Below, piece after piece: positions 53,838 through 62,354 of a stretch of 64,000 bases of DNA. The first letter of the stretch is position 1. Every line of letters begins with the position of its first letter. This DNA comes from an uncultured Verrucomicrobiota bacterium (lineage in GTDB: Bacteria > Verrucomicrobiota > Kiritimatiellia > Kiritimatiellales > Tichowtungiaceae): positions 14,068 through 78,067 of the forward strand of contig CAYNOR010000006.1 of the NCBI GenBank assembly GCA_964398915.1. Direction: 5' to 3'. Both the position numbers and the translations under genes were made by a program. The notes under the pieces were generated by a model. That model was given only the letters and a program-made list of their open reading frames with translations, had not been told where the DNA came from and made no database searches.

Positions 53838-55658
53838 ATGCGCAAATTCACTTCGTTATTCATTATTCCCTGTTCGATATTTTTTTGTTTGCTTATTACT
53901 GCCTGCGGGCGGCGTGAGCTGGATACATTACGTTTCGAAGGCGAGCAGGTTCTTTACGGTCAGACTTCACGCATCAAGGGGCTTGATCCGGCCCGGGCTG
54001 GCGACGTGGCATCTTCCGCGATCATCGGCCGCATTTATGAAGGTCTGCTTGAATACGCGTATCTCGACCGTCCCTATCATCTTCAGCCTATGCTGGCCTC
54101 CGCCATGCCGGATATTTCCGCCGATGGGCGCATCTATACCTTTCATATCCGCAAGGGCATCTTTTTTCAGGATGACCCCTGTTTTCCCGGCGGGAAAGGG
54201 CGCGAGCTGACGGCGGAGGATTTTGTTTATTCAATTAAACGCATTGCCGATTTGAAAAATGCCTCTTCCGGTTATTGGGCCTTCAACGGGCGCATTGTCG
54301 GTCTCGATGAATTCCGGGCTGCGTCGGCGGGCGGGACCCCGACTGCGTATGATGCGCCGGTTGAGGGTTTGTCCGCGCCCGATCGATATACCTTTCAGAT
54401 TAAGCTCAAAGAATCTTATCCGCAGCTTCTCTGGGTGCTGGCCATGCATTATGCCTTTGCCGTGCCGCGTGAAGCGGTGGAGTTTTATGGCGCCGGGTTT
54501 GTTAATCATCCCGTTGGCACCGGACCGTATATTCTCGAAAAATGGAAACACAACTATCGTATCGAATTCGTCCGCAATCCTAAGTGGGCTGAAACCGGCC
54601 GGATCGAAACGTATCCTTCGACCGGAACCGAATCGGCCCGTTCAGCCGGACTGCTCGACGACGCGGGCAGGCAGCTTCCGTTTGTTGACCGCATTGTGCA
54701 GTATGTCGTAGATGATGCGGCGACTTCATGGATGATGTTTCTTGCCGGCCAGTTCAGCTACAGCAGTATTTCGCGCGACAACTGGGATGCTGTTATTAAG
54801 CCCGACAGCGGTCTGGTTGAAGAGCTTAAGAACCAGGGCGTTGAGTTGCTTTCCAGTCCGACTCTCAATCTTTATTACATCGGCTTCAATCTGGACGATC
54901 CGGTCGTCGGCAAAAATAAAAAACTGCGTCAGGCGCTCAGCTGTGCGTTCGAGCCTGCTCTGCTGGTTCAGTATTACAATGGACGCGTCACGCCCATTTA
55001 CGGTCCGCTTCCCGACCCGCTGGCCGGCTTTAAGCCGAACCCGACGACGTATTCGTATAACCTTGAGAAAGCGAAACAGCTTCTGGCCGAAGCTGGCTAT
55101 CCGGAAGGCATTGATCCGGCAACCGGCCGGCGGCTGGAACTGACGCTTGAACTGGGCGGTGCAACCCCCGATGTCCGGCAGGTCGTTGACCTGATGGCCG
55201 GTATGTTTGACAAAGTCGGCGTGGTGCTCAAAGCCAGCTACAACAACTGGCCCGCCTTCCTCGACAAAATGGATCGCCGTCAGGCGCAGCTTTTTGAGCT
55301 CGGCTGGGTTGCCGACTATCCGGATGCCGAAAATTTCCTGCAGCTGTTCTACAGTGCCAACGCCTCGCCGGGGCCCAACCACGCCAATTATGCCAATTTG
55401 CAATTTGACAGGCTCTACGAGCAAATGCGCATCATGCTTCCCGGTCCGGAAAAAGACCGTCTTTGCGAACAGATGGCCGATCTGGTCATTGAAGACTGCC
55501 CGTGGATTTTTATGTACCAGCCGATGGATTTTGCTGTTATTCACGACTGGCTGAAGAATTACAGCCTCCACGATTTTCCATACACCATGGTTAAATACCG
55601 CCGTGTTGATAATGCGGTTTGGGGTGAATGGAAAGAGAAGCGAGGGAGAAACAACTGA
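53838..55658 (+). CDS. ABC transporter substrate-binding protein, family 5 (peptide/nickel type)
   Basis: Lipoprotein-like start ...LLITACG, with SBP_bac_5-like length and sequence (WVADYPDAENFL). Confidence 0.75.
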   Translation: MRKFTSLFIIPCSIFFCLLITACGRRELDTLRFEGEQVLYGQTSRIKGLDPARAGDVASSAIIGRIYEGLLEYAYLDRPYHLQPMLASAMPDISADGRIYTFHIRKGIFFQDDPCFPGGKGRELTAEDFVYSIKRIADLKNASSGYWAFNGRIVGLDEFRAASAGGTPTAYDAPVEGLSAPDRYTFQIKLKESYPQLLWVLAMHYAFAVPREAVEFYGAGFVNHPVGTGPYILEKWKHNYRIEFVRNPKWAETGRIETYPSTGTESARSAGLLDDAGRQLPFVDRIVQYVVDDAATSWMMFLAGQFSYSSISRDNWDAVIKPDSGLVEELKNQGVELLSSPTLNLYYIGFNLDDPVVGKNKKLRQALSCAFEPALLVQYYNGRVTPIYGPLPDPLAGFKPNPTTYSYNLEKAKQLLAEAGYPEGIDPATGRRLELTLELGGATPDVRQVVDLMAGMFDKVGVVLKASYNNWPAFLDKMDRRQAQLFELGWVADYPDAENFLQLFYSANASPGPNHANYANLQFDRLYEQMRIMLPGPEKDRLCEQMADLVIEDCPWIFMYQPMDFAVIHDWLKNYSLHDFPYTMVKYRRVDNAVWGEWKEKRGRNN

Positions 55659-56899
55659 TGCTTCGTTACATCACCAAACGAATATTGCAAATGATCCCGA
55701 CGGTGTTCGGGGTCATCCTGATCACGTTCATCCTGTTCAATATCGTTGGCGGCAGTCCGGCTCAGCAGGTGCTCGGTCCGCATGCACAGGCCGATACGCT
55801 CGAAGCATTTGATGAGCAGCGCGGTTTCAATAAACCTCTTTTCTTTGGGACGAAAACGAAAACCCGCGCGTTTACCGACCCGGACTTTGAACGATCTGCC
55901 GGCGACTGGAAGGGGATGCGCGGCGTTTCCTGGACGAACGGTGTCATGGTTTTCGCCGCTGAGGGTGAGTACGCTGTTCCGCTCAAATTTGCCCTGCGTA
56001 CAGACTGTAAATATGAACTGGAAACAGAGACATTCGTTTCCAACTCTTGGAAAATCACCCGTGAAGTTTTCCAAGGTTCGGAAAAACCGGCCATCCGGAC
56101 GGGCGTCCGGCCCTTGGAAATCCGCTCCATCAAATTGCGGCGGGTAATGAATAGTCCGTTTGACTCGCAGTTTATGTTTTATCTCAACCGGCTGGCTCAC
56201 CTCGATTTCGGTGTCTCGCATAGCACGAATCAGCGGGTTTCAAAACTCCTCCTCGACGGTATCGGCCCGTCGCTGATGCTCACCGCGCCGATTTTCTTTG
56301 TTGGACTGATTACCTCCGTCATGCTGTCGCTCTTCTGTGCTTTCTGGCGCGACACCTGGGTAGACCGCTTTTTCGTGGTTTTCTCTGTCGCACTGATGAG
56401 CGTGAATTATCTCGTCTGGATTGTCGGCGGACAGTATCTGCTCGGTTTTAAACTAGGCTGGTTCCCGGTCTGGGGGTTTGAAGATCCTCGCTACCTGATT
56501 CTGCCGGTGCTGATCGGCGTATTCAGCGGACTCGGCGCTGAACTGCGTTTTTATCGCACCATCATGCTCGACGAAGCGCACCGTGACTATGTCCGCACCG
56601 CGCAGGCCAAAGGCGTCAGCCGCGGCGGGGTGCTGTTCAAACACGTTTTGAAAAACGCGATGATTCCCATCATCACCAACACCGTCATCGCAATTCCTTT
56701 TCTTTATACCGGTAGCCTGCTGCTTGAGAGCTTCTTCGGTATTCCCGGCCTCGGCTACCTCGGCATCAACGCCATCAACTCGTCCGACGTGGATGTCGTG
56801 CGCGCCATCGTGCTGGTCGGCTCCATCATGTTTGTTATCGCCAATCTCCTGACCGACCTCTGCTACGCGCTGGTTGATCCGCGGGTGAAGCTTAAATAA
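55658..56899 (+). CDS. ABC transporter permease (DppB/OppB type) with a long periplasmic insert after TM1
   Basis: MLRYITKRILQMIPTVFGVILITF start, with an EAA-like region YVRTAQAKGVSRGGVLFKHVLKNA. A TGATG overlap links it to the binding-protein gene. Confidence 0.8.
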   Translation: MLRYITKRILQMIPTVFGVILITFILFNIVGGSPAQQVLGPHAQADTLEAFDEQRGFNKPLFFGTKTKTRAFTDPDFERSAGDWKGMRGVSWTNGVMVFAAEGEYAVPLKFALRTDCKYELETETFVSNSWKITREVFQGSEKPAIRTGVRPLEIRSIKLRRVMNSPFDSQFMFYLNRLAHLDFGVSHSTNQRVSKLLLDGIGPSLMLTAPIFFVGLITSVMLSLFCAFWRDTWVDRFFVVFSVALMSVNYLVWIVGGQYLLGFKLGWFPVWGFEDPRYLILPVLIGVFSGLGAELRFYRTIMLDEAHRDYVRTAQAKGVSRGGVLFKHVLKNAMIPIITNTVIAIPFLYTGSLLLESFFGIPGLGYLGINAINSSDVDVVRAIVLVGSIMFVIANLLTDLCYALVDPRVKLK

Positions 56900-57046
56900 G
56901 GCTTTACGTGGATGATGCTACTTTAAGGGTCAAAGCGAAACCGAAGGACGCATTAAAGTGATGAAAAAAAGCGTTCGGACTCTTTTGATATGAGATTGTG
57001 CGTGACAGCGATAACGAGTGGGGCAGTTTGGTGCTCTCTGTCTAAT

Positions 57047-57078
57047 AAAAAACCCCGCTCGTTGAGCAGGGTTTTTTA
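57047..57078. terminator. bidirectional terminator-like hairpin between convergent genes
   Basis: AAAAAACCCCGCTC-gtt-GAGCAGGGTTTTTT, with one mismatch in the stem. Confidence 0.55.
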
Positions 57079-57098
57079 GAATCGGACAACACTGGTAT

Positions 57099-57470
57099 TT
57101 ATTTTGCAGACTGCCAGACGTAATCGGGATTCATCAGGCTGTCATAGCCGAGTTCTTCATTCAGCGGCAACGGGAATGTGACGATTTCAACCACGCCGGC
57201 ACCGGTACGGACGATAGTCATGAAGACGCCGTTGAGAATTCCGGTGGGAACGCCGACGAGACCATCTTCCTGAGTCATGACGATCGGTTGACGGAAGAGT
57301 TCGCCCCAGCCGGTGAGTGTATTCACAATACCACGCCAGAGTTTTACGCTCACTGGTTTCACGGAGTATTCAGGATCACCCATTTTTGTCTGTTCGGCAA
57401 AAGAGACCTGAGTCAGAAGAACTGTCAGAAGAAAAAGACCTGTAACGACCATCTTGCGAGAACGAATCAT
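57099..57470 (-). CDS. small secreted protein resembling the exosortase-associated TIGR04073 family
   Basis: Signal peptide MIRSRKMVVTGLFLLTVLLTQVSFA, and RGIVNTLTGWGELFRQP. The family assignment is from memory. Confidence 0.45.
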   Translation of the reverse strand: MIRSRKMVVTGLFLLTVLLTQVSFAEQTKMGDPEYSVKPVSVKLWRGIVNTLTGWGELFRQPIVMTQEDGLVGVPTGILNGVFMTIVRTGAGVVEIVTFPLPLNEELGYDSLMNPDYVWQSAK

Positions 57471-57650
57471 ACCCAACTCCTTATGTTTAAGTTCCATCTG
57501 CGGCAACACTTGCGTCCACTTGATGTGGGGAATGTCTTAACAAACAGAACTGAACGGATCAAGAGAAATTCAGTTTTGTGTCGTATTGGGTGAATTTCTC
57601 ATTAAAACCCCTATCCAAAGTCAGGGCGGACGGCTATTTTCAGACCTGCG

Positions 57651-57869
57651 ATGGTGATTTGTACGCTGGCAGAGTTGATGGGAGGGTACAAAGATGAAAC
57701 TGACCCGATTGTAGAAGAGGTGCGGAACGCGCGCCGGAAACTGGCTGAAAAATTCCAGTTTGATATCAAAAAAATATTTGAAGATGCAAAAACAGAACTG
57801 GAAACCGGCGGCAGAGCCGCCTCGTCTTTCAGACCGCCGCCCAATAGACTTTGGACTCATCAAATATGA
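57651..57869 (+). CDS. hypothetical small protein
   Basis: 72-aa ORF; the start is uncertain and I recognised no motif. Confidence 0.3.
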   Translation: MVICTLAELMGGYKDETDPIVEEVRNARRKLAEKFQFDIKKIFEDAKTELETGGRAASSFRPPPNRLWTHQI

Positions 57870-57936
57870 AACCGTGGGTTAAAGAGCTTCGTGTATTGGC
57901 GCACTCCCCGTATCGTTTCTCCGCTGGAGGTAGAAG

Positions 57937-58182
57937 ATGAAGAAGGTTGAAAAATCAGGAATCCCCGCCGCTTTGCGTGAAGTCTGGGCCTGGAAAGAGG
58001 CGGTCTATCGCGAAACAGAAAAACTGAGTACAGCGGAAGCGCTGGAGCGGATTCATGCGGATGCCGCAGTGATACGTCAACGGTTCGGACTCTCCGTTGC
58101 CGAGCCGCAGTTCGCCGCCGGACTGGTTTGCGAAGAACCGGCGGAATACAAAACGAAGAAAACGGGGAACGAAAAGCCATAG
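57937..58182 (+). CDS. hypothetical small protein
   Basis: 81-aa ORF MKKVEKSGIPAALREVWAWKEAVYRE... Confidence 0.35.
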   Translation: MKKVEKSGIPAALREVWAWKEAVYRETEKLSTAEALERIHADAAVIRQRFGLSVAEPQFAAGLVCEEPAEYKTKKTGNEKP

Positions 58183-58526
58183 ACTTTCAGACCTTCGACC
58201 TTTAGACTTTCGACTCATTAACAAAGGAACCAGAAACTGATAACTCATAACTAAATTTTAAATGCGTTAACGCGCAGTGTTGCTTCTTCTGAAAACCGCC
58301 AAATTTAAAGTTTGGAAGCGAGACACGCGGAGACGCGTCCCATGTGGGCGCGGCTCCCTGTCTTGTGTTTCCAAACAGGGGCTTGGCGGTCCCTCGAACG
58401 GGGCATGAGCTTGGAGTTCGCGCCCCTTTTTTGTTTCCAATCCTTGGAAACAACCTCGGCATAGTCCTGTAAGGACGAAGCTGGGTTAAGTTGGCGGCTC
58501 CTTGTCTGCACAAGGAAGCACGCCTC

Positions 58527-59069
58527 ATGGGAATTTGGAAAACAGCTCTTTTGCTGACCGCCGCACTGGTTATCGTTCTGCTGGTCAGCCGCAGCATCCG
58601 CAAAACGGTTTGCGTAGCCGCCGGATACGGCATCTACGCGCTCTTCGGAGAACTGTACGACAAAATCCTTTGGCCAATTGTGCAGGGACGTTACGGCCTG
58701 ACGGGAGCAGTGGCGATGTCCGCCGGAGCGCTGGTCATCAACTTCTCCCTGTTGATTATTTATCAGAAGTGTGGCGTTGATTGGCTGGGCGTCTCTCTGC
58801 TCGATGATTTGCAAAAACGTACCAGTCAAGTTCGGGCATCTCTGAAACACGGCACCGCGAGAAGCTTTCTTCTCCGTCCCCCTGTGATGGTGATGCAGGC
58901 GGCCATGTGGATGCTCCAGACGCCATGGTCGGCCTTTATCCTGCTCACGGTCTGGGAGGATTCTTTTGTACCACCGCCTTTCTTCGTCAGGGCCGGTTCG
59001 GCCCGCTCGAACGCCGGGATATCCGCAGGCGGTAAAACCGTTTGCAGAGGCGGCGTTACGGACAGCTGA
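58527..59069 (+). CDS. membrane protein, function unknown
   Basis: MGIWKTALLLTAALVIVLLV plus further hydrophobic segments. The track ORF begins earlier, at 58491. Confidence 0.45.
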   Translation: MGIWKTALLLTAALVIVLLVSRSIRKTVCVAAGYGIYALFGELYDKILWPIVQGRYGLTGAVAMSAGALVINFSLLIIYQKCGVDWLGVSLLDDLQKRTSQVRASLKHGTARSFLLRPPVMVMQAAMWMLQTPWSAFILLTVWEDSFVPPPFFVRAGSARSNAGISAGGKTVCRGGVTDS

Positions 59070-59096
59070 AGAACGCAGTTTGAAATGAGGGATGTC

Positions 59097-59144
59097 CTTA
59101 AGGTGAATTCAGCAGTTCCTTCGGATCGATAGCATCGGTACGGC
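59097..59144 (-). pseudogene. remnant of the AddB-like gene 3' end
   Basis: Translates CRTDAIDPKELLNSP*, compared with CRTTAIDPKELLKS* at the end of the intact gene (59250-59294). Confidence 0.7.
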
Positions 59145-59249
59145 ATCCAAATCGCAAAATTAACCTTTTCTGCCTTTTGACCTCTCGGAGCTACTCTGAC
59201 TTTCTCTGGCGAAGCGGGTGGTAGAATATCTTTTTTGTGTTTTTCGTGG

Positions 59250-62200
59250 CTATGACTTGAGCAGTTCTTTTGGATCGATGGCGGTGGTGCGGCAGATGTG
59301 GGAATAGTCGTCGTACCCGGCGATGAGCGGTTCGGTGGCGAGGTCGCCGGCACGCAGTTTCCGGACATTGGAAAAGAGTGTTTTGAGGAACGCTTCCGTC
59401 AGCTCCGGATTCATTGAAAGCCGTTTCTTTGTGAAGTGTTTGGTCATTTCGTTCAGGTCGCGTTCCTGCAGGTGATAGACGGCCTGTGTTTTTTCGTTCA
59501 GTTCCGGCGTGTTGTGCGCGCCAAAAAACTTTTGCTGCGCCGCAAAGGTGTAGAGCGGAAGCTGGCAGTCGAGATTGAGCGCGATTTTCTTTTCGAGGTT
59601 GTCCAGCGAGTCCTTGCGCGACTTGCTCTTGTAGTCCACCACCAGCAACCGTTCCAGTTCGCCATTGGAGTCGAAGATCAGATCAATGCGGTCGATTTTA
59701 CCTTTCAGCCGGACTTCTTCATCGCCGCGCTTTAGCGTCACCGGCAAATCGTGTTTGGCGTCGAACTTCAGTTCGAACAGTGCCGGATAACGATTTTCAG
59801 CATGCGCCGTTTCGATATCCATGCGGACAAAGTTTTCGATCATCTGCCGCAGCTTGCGTTTTTCGGTTTCCCATATCGCGGGGTGGCCGAGGTGACGGCT
59901 GGGCCGCCGCTCCGCTTTTTTGAATTCTTCTTCCGCAATGCTGCGTGCCAGCGCCAGCAGTTCGCCGGACTTCGACGGATCAAAAACCGCCAGCGGGATA
60001 GAATCTGCTCCGGACTTTTGGCTGATCTTCCAACGTAGATGCGACGCCCTCGTCGCATTTTCATCCTGTGAGGAACGCGACGAGGGCGTCGCGTCTACGT
60101 TAATTCTTGTCGCGTACCGACCGCTTTGTCTGGCGATGGCGGTATAAACCTGTTCGAGAATGTCGTGAATGACGTTGCCGCGGTCTGCCGGGTCGGTGCC
60201 GTCTTCGTGTGTGCGGTCGGGCCGGATGCTCAGTACCTTTTCGAGGAAGAAAACAAACCGGTTGCGGGCCAGCGATTCCAGTGCCGTTGCGCTGAACTCC
60301 GGATGGTCTTTGAGCCATTTCTGGATCGTAGACGCGACGCCCTCGTCGCGTTCAGATTTTCCAATGTTTGGAAAACGCGACGAGGGCGTCGCGTCTACGT
60401 TAAAAGCCAGCTTCGCCCGTGTCTGCCGGACTTCATCCTCGGCGCGGCAGAGTTCCGGCGGCAGAATCGTGTGAAACGATGCGCCGAGTACCGGTTTTTC
60501 GATTCCGGTCAGGCTGCGCATCCGTTCAAAAAATTCACCCGGCGCGCGCTCTTTGCCGTCGGCACCGGTGCGGGTATAGGAAAGCGTCAGCCGTTCACGC
60601 GCCGCGCTCATGGCGGTGAGAAAAAGAATTTCTTCCTGAATCAGCGCGGCTCCGGTTTCCGAAAGCGCCAGCCGCGGGCAGGGAATTTTCCGTTCGTCCA
60701 GAAATGCCCGTAGCGCTTTGCGCTCGTTCCCGTTCAGCAGAGAATCAACTTTTGGAATCTGAGGGAAAGTACGGTCATCCATTCCGGCAATATAAACCGA
60801 TTCGAAGCGCAGCCCCGCCGTGTCCATCGGATTGACAATCCAGACGCCGCTTTCTGTTCCGGCGTCATCTTTGAGTGTGACGTTATCGAGCAGTTCCTCA
60901 AACAGCGGAATCATTTGCCCGATCGGGAGCGCCGGGATAGCGGGTGTGTTCAGTTCTTCAATTAAAACCAGAACCTCATCAGGCAATTTCAGGCTGTGTT
61001 GCTGAATCAGAACCGTGACTTGTTCTGAGAAACGTAGACGCGACGCCCCCGTCGCGTTTCTTTGCACACGGGCCGCGACGGGGGCGTCGCGTCTACACTC
61101 AAAGAAGCTTTCCAGTTCCTTCGGCAGGCGGCGCAGGCGCGGAGGTTCTTTGTGGCGGATTTCCTGAATCAGTGCCGCGGGGTCTTCAATACCGGGCCAC
61201 TGGATGCCGGGCATTAACAGCAGGTCGCAAAGCCGGTCGCGCGAAAGCGTTTGGGGAAATGCGAGTAAAGCCATCAAGGCTTTAACCGGCGGATGAGCGG
61301 CGGCGGGCGTACCGCGCCGGAAATGGTACGGGATGCTGAAGCGCGCAAAGACGTCGGGGATAATGTCAGTGTACGGGCTCAGGTCGCGCAGGATCAGCGC
61401 GATTTCGTCGGGCGGAGTTCCGGCCTCGATCTCATGGGCGATGCGCCGCGCGGCATCTTCGATTTCGCCGTACGGGTGGGCGGAAACAAAAAACGAAACC
61501 CGTTCCCGCGATTCCGATTCGAGGATATTGCTGTCGTCAGCTTCGATGGCATCGGCGAAATCCTCCAACCACGGTTTCCATTCTTCTTCGGATCCTCGCA
61601 TCAGCTCGCTGCGTACGACGGCGCAGAGCCGGTCTTCAGCCGCTTCGGCGTGGGCACCCGGCAGAACGGAATAGATTTTCACGCGATCCGTCCCTAGCCG
61701 TTTTTTGAGCGCGGCTACGAAACGCTCTTCGAACGGGTTGAACCAGCGGACGGCACGGAAGTGGATTTTTCCAGCCAGTTCGCGGGGCAGTTTGCCGGAT
61801 TCAATCAGACGGAGCAGGGCGGTGTTGACAGCGAAGCGGTCGGCGATGTCCATTTTTGTACACCATGCGCGCCATGCTTTGAGAAGCTGGCCGATACCGT
61901 GCAGTTTATGGTTCGGCTCATGCGCCAGCAGCCATTCAGTAATGCCGGATTCGTTTTCGGCAAAAACGGCGAAGGTTTCAATCGTCTGCCGGAGCAGTCC
62001 AGCTCGCGCGGCAGACGAAAGGCTGGCGAGCGGCTGGCCGGATGCAAAAGAAACGTTTCTAGCGGCTTCTTCGAGAAGCAGGCGGATTTCGGTTGGGCCG
62101 GGCACGCGGCCCTTGAGCAGTCCTGTGCGCCGGGCGGCCCGTTCGCAAAGGATAAGGAGCTTTTTCTGGGTTAAAAGGCGGGATGTATCGACAACCCCGT

Positions 62201-62282
62201 GTTCGTTGACGCAATGGCGTTCATACCGGCGTTTAGCCAGTTCAGTCGGGAAAATCATCAATGCCTCGCCGCTCATCTTCAT
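59250..62282 (-). CDS. AddB/RexB-like PD-(D/E)xK nuclease family protein (inactive-helicase-like N-region plus C-terminal nuclease)
   Basis: VWIVNPMDTAGLRFESVYIAGMDDRTFP, ERLTLSY, DRGNVIHDILEQ and KGKIDRIDLI...LLVVDYKSK. No AddA partner gene lies next to it. Confidence 0.7.
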   Translation of the reverse strand: MKMSGEALMIFPTELAKRRYERHCVNEHGVVDTSRLLTQKKLLILCERAARRTGLLKGRVPGPTEIRLLLEEAARNVSFASGQPLASLSSAARAGLLRQTIETFAVFAENESGITEWLLAHEPNHKLHGIGQLLKAWRAWCTKMDIADRFAVNTALLRLIESGKLPRELAGKIHFRAVRWFNPFEERFVAALKKRLGTDRVKIYSVLPGAHAEAAEDRLCAVVRSELMRGSEEEWKPWLEDFADAIEADDSNILESESRERVSFFVSAHPYGEIEDAARRIAHEIEAGTPPDEIALILRDLSPYTDIIPDVFARFSIPYHFRRGTPAAAHPPVKALMALLAFPQTLSRDRLCDLLLMPGIQWPGIEDPAALIQEIRHKEPPRLRRLPKELESFFECRRDAPVAARVQRNATGASRLRFSEQVTVLIQQHSLKLPDEVLVLIEELNTPAIPALPIGQMIPLFEELLDNVTLKDDAGTESGVWIVNPMDTAGLRFESVYIAGMDDRTFPQIPKVDSLLNGNERKALRAFLDERKIPCPRLALSETGAALIQEEILFLTAMSAARERLTLSYTRTGADGKERAPGEFFERMRSLTGIEKPVLGASFHTILPPELCRAEDEVRQTRAKLAFNVDATPSSRFPNIGKSERDEGVASTIQKWLKDHPEFSATALESLARNRFVFFLEKVLSIRPDRTHEDGTDPADRGNVIHDILEQVYTAIARQSGRYATRINVDATPSSRSSQDENATRASHLRWKISQKSGADSIPLAVFDPSKSGELLALARSIAEEEFKKAERRPSRHLGHPAIWETEKRKLRQMIENFVRMDIETAHAENRYPALFELKFDAKHDLPVTLKRGDEEVRLKGKIDRIDLIFDSNGELERLLVVDYKSKSRKDSLDNLEKKIALNLDCQLPLYTFAAQQKFFGAHNTPELNEKTQAVYHLQERDLNEMTKHFTKKRLSMNPELTEAFLKTLFSNVRKLRAGDLATEPLIAGYDDYSHICRTTAIDPKELLKS
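60033..60100. repeat. REPIN-like doublet inserted in-frame in the AddB-like gene (copy 1)
   Basis: ACGTAGATGCGACGCCCTCGTCGCAT...AACGCGACGAGGGCGTCGCGTCTACGT. On the minus strand it reads INVDATPSSRSSQDENATRASHLR. Confidence 0.8.
60327..60400. repeat. REPIN-like doublet inserted in-frame in the AddB-like gene (copy 2); its spacer carries TTTCCAATGTTTGGAAA
   Basis: CGTAGACGCGACGCCCTCGTCGCGTT-cagaTTTTCCAATGTTTGGAAAA-CGCGACGAGGGCGTCGCGTCTACGT. It reads NVDATPSSRFPNIGKSERDEGVAST. Confidence 0.8.
61033..61097. repeat. REPIN-like doublet inserted in-frame in the AddB-like gene (copy 3, other reading frame, compensated loop change)
   Basis: ACGTAGACGCGACGCCCCCGTCGCG...CGCGACGGGGGCGTCGCGTCTAC. It reads CRRDAPVAARVQRNATGASRLR. 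Confidence 0.8.
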
Positions 62283-62354
62283 GATTGATGAAACTAGCAG
62301 AGAACGGTAGGGTTTGCCACCGTTTTAGATCCGGGCAGTAAACAAGGAATAGCG

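Noticed and set aside
33036-59249. tRNA, tmRNA or other structured RNA genes in the larger intergenic spacers, as potential integration targets.
   Set aside because: Scanning by eye, I found no T-loop (GGTTCGAATCC-like) or cloverleaf-compatible segments. This needs tRNAscan-SE/Infernal to be definitive.
60033-60400. Integron attC sites, because the arms are flanked by AAC...GTT like the inverse-core and core sites.
   Set aside because: The elements lie inside an intact ORF rather than at cassette boundaries. No intI gene or cassette array is present, and the GTAG-plus-hairpin organisation fits REP/REPIN better.
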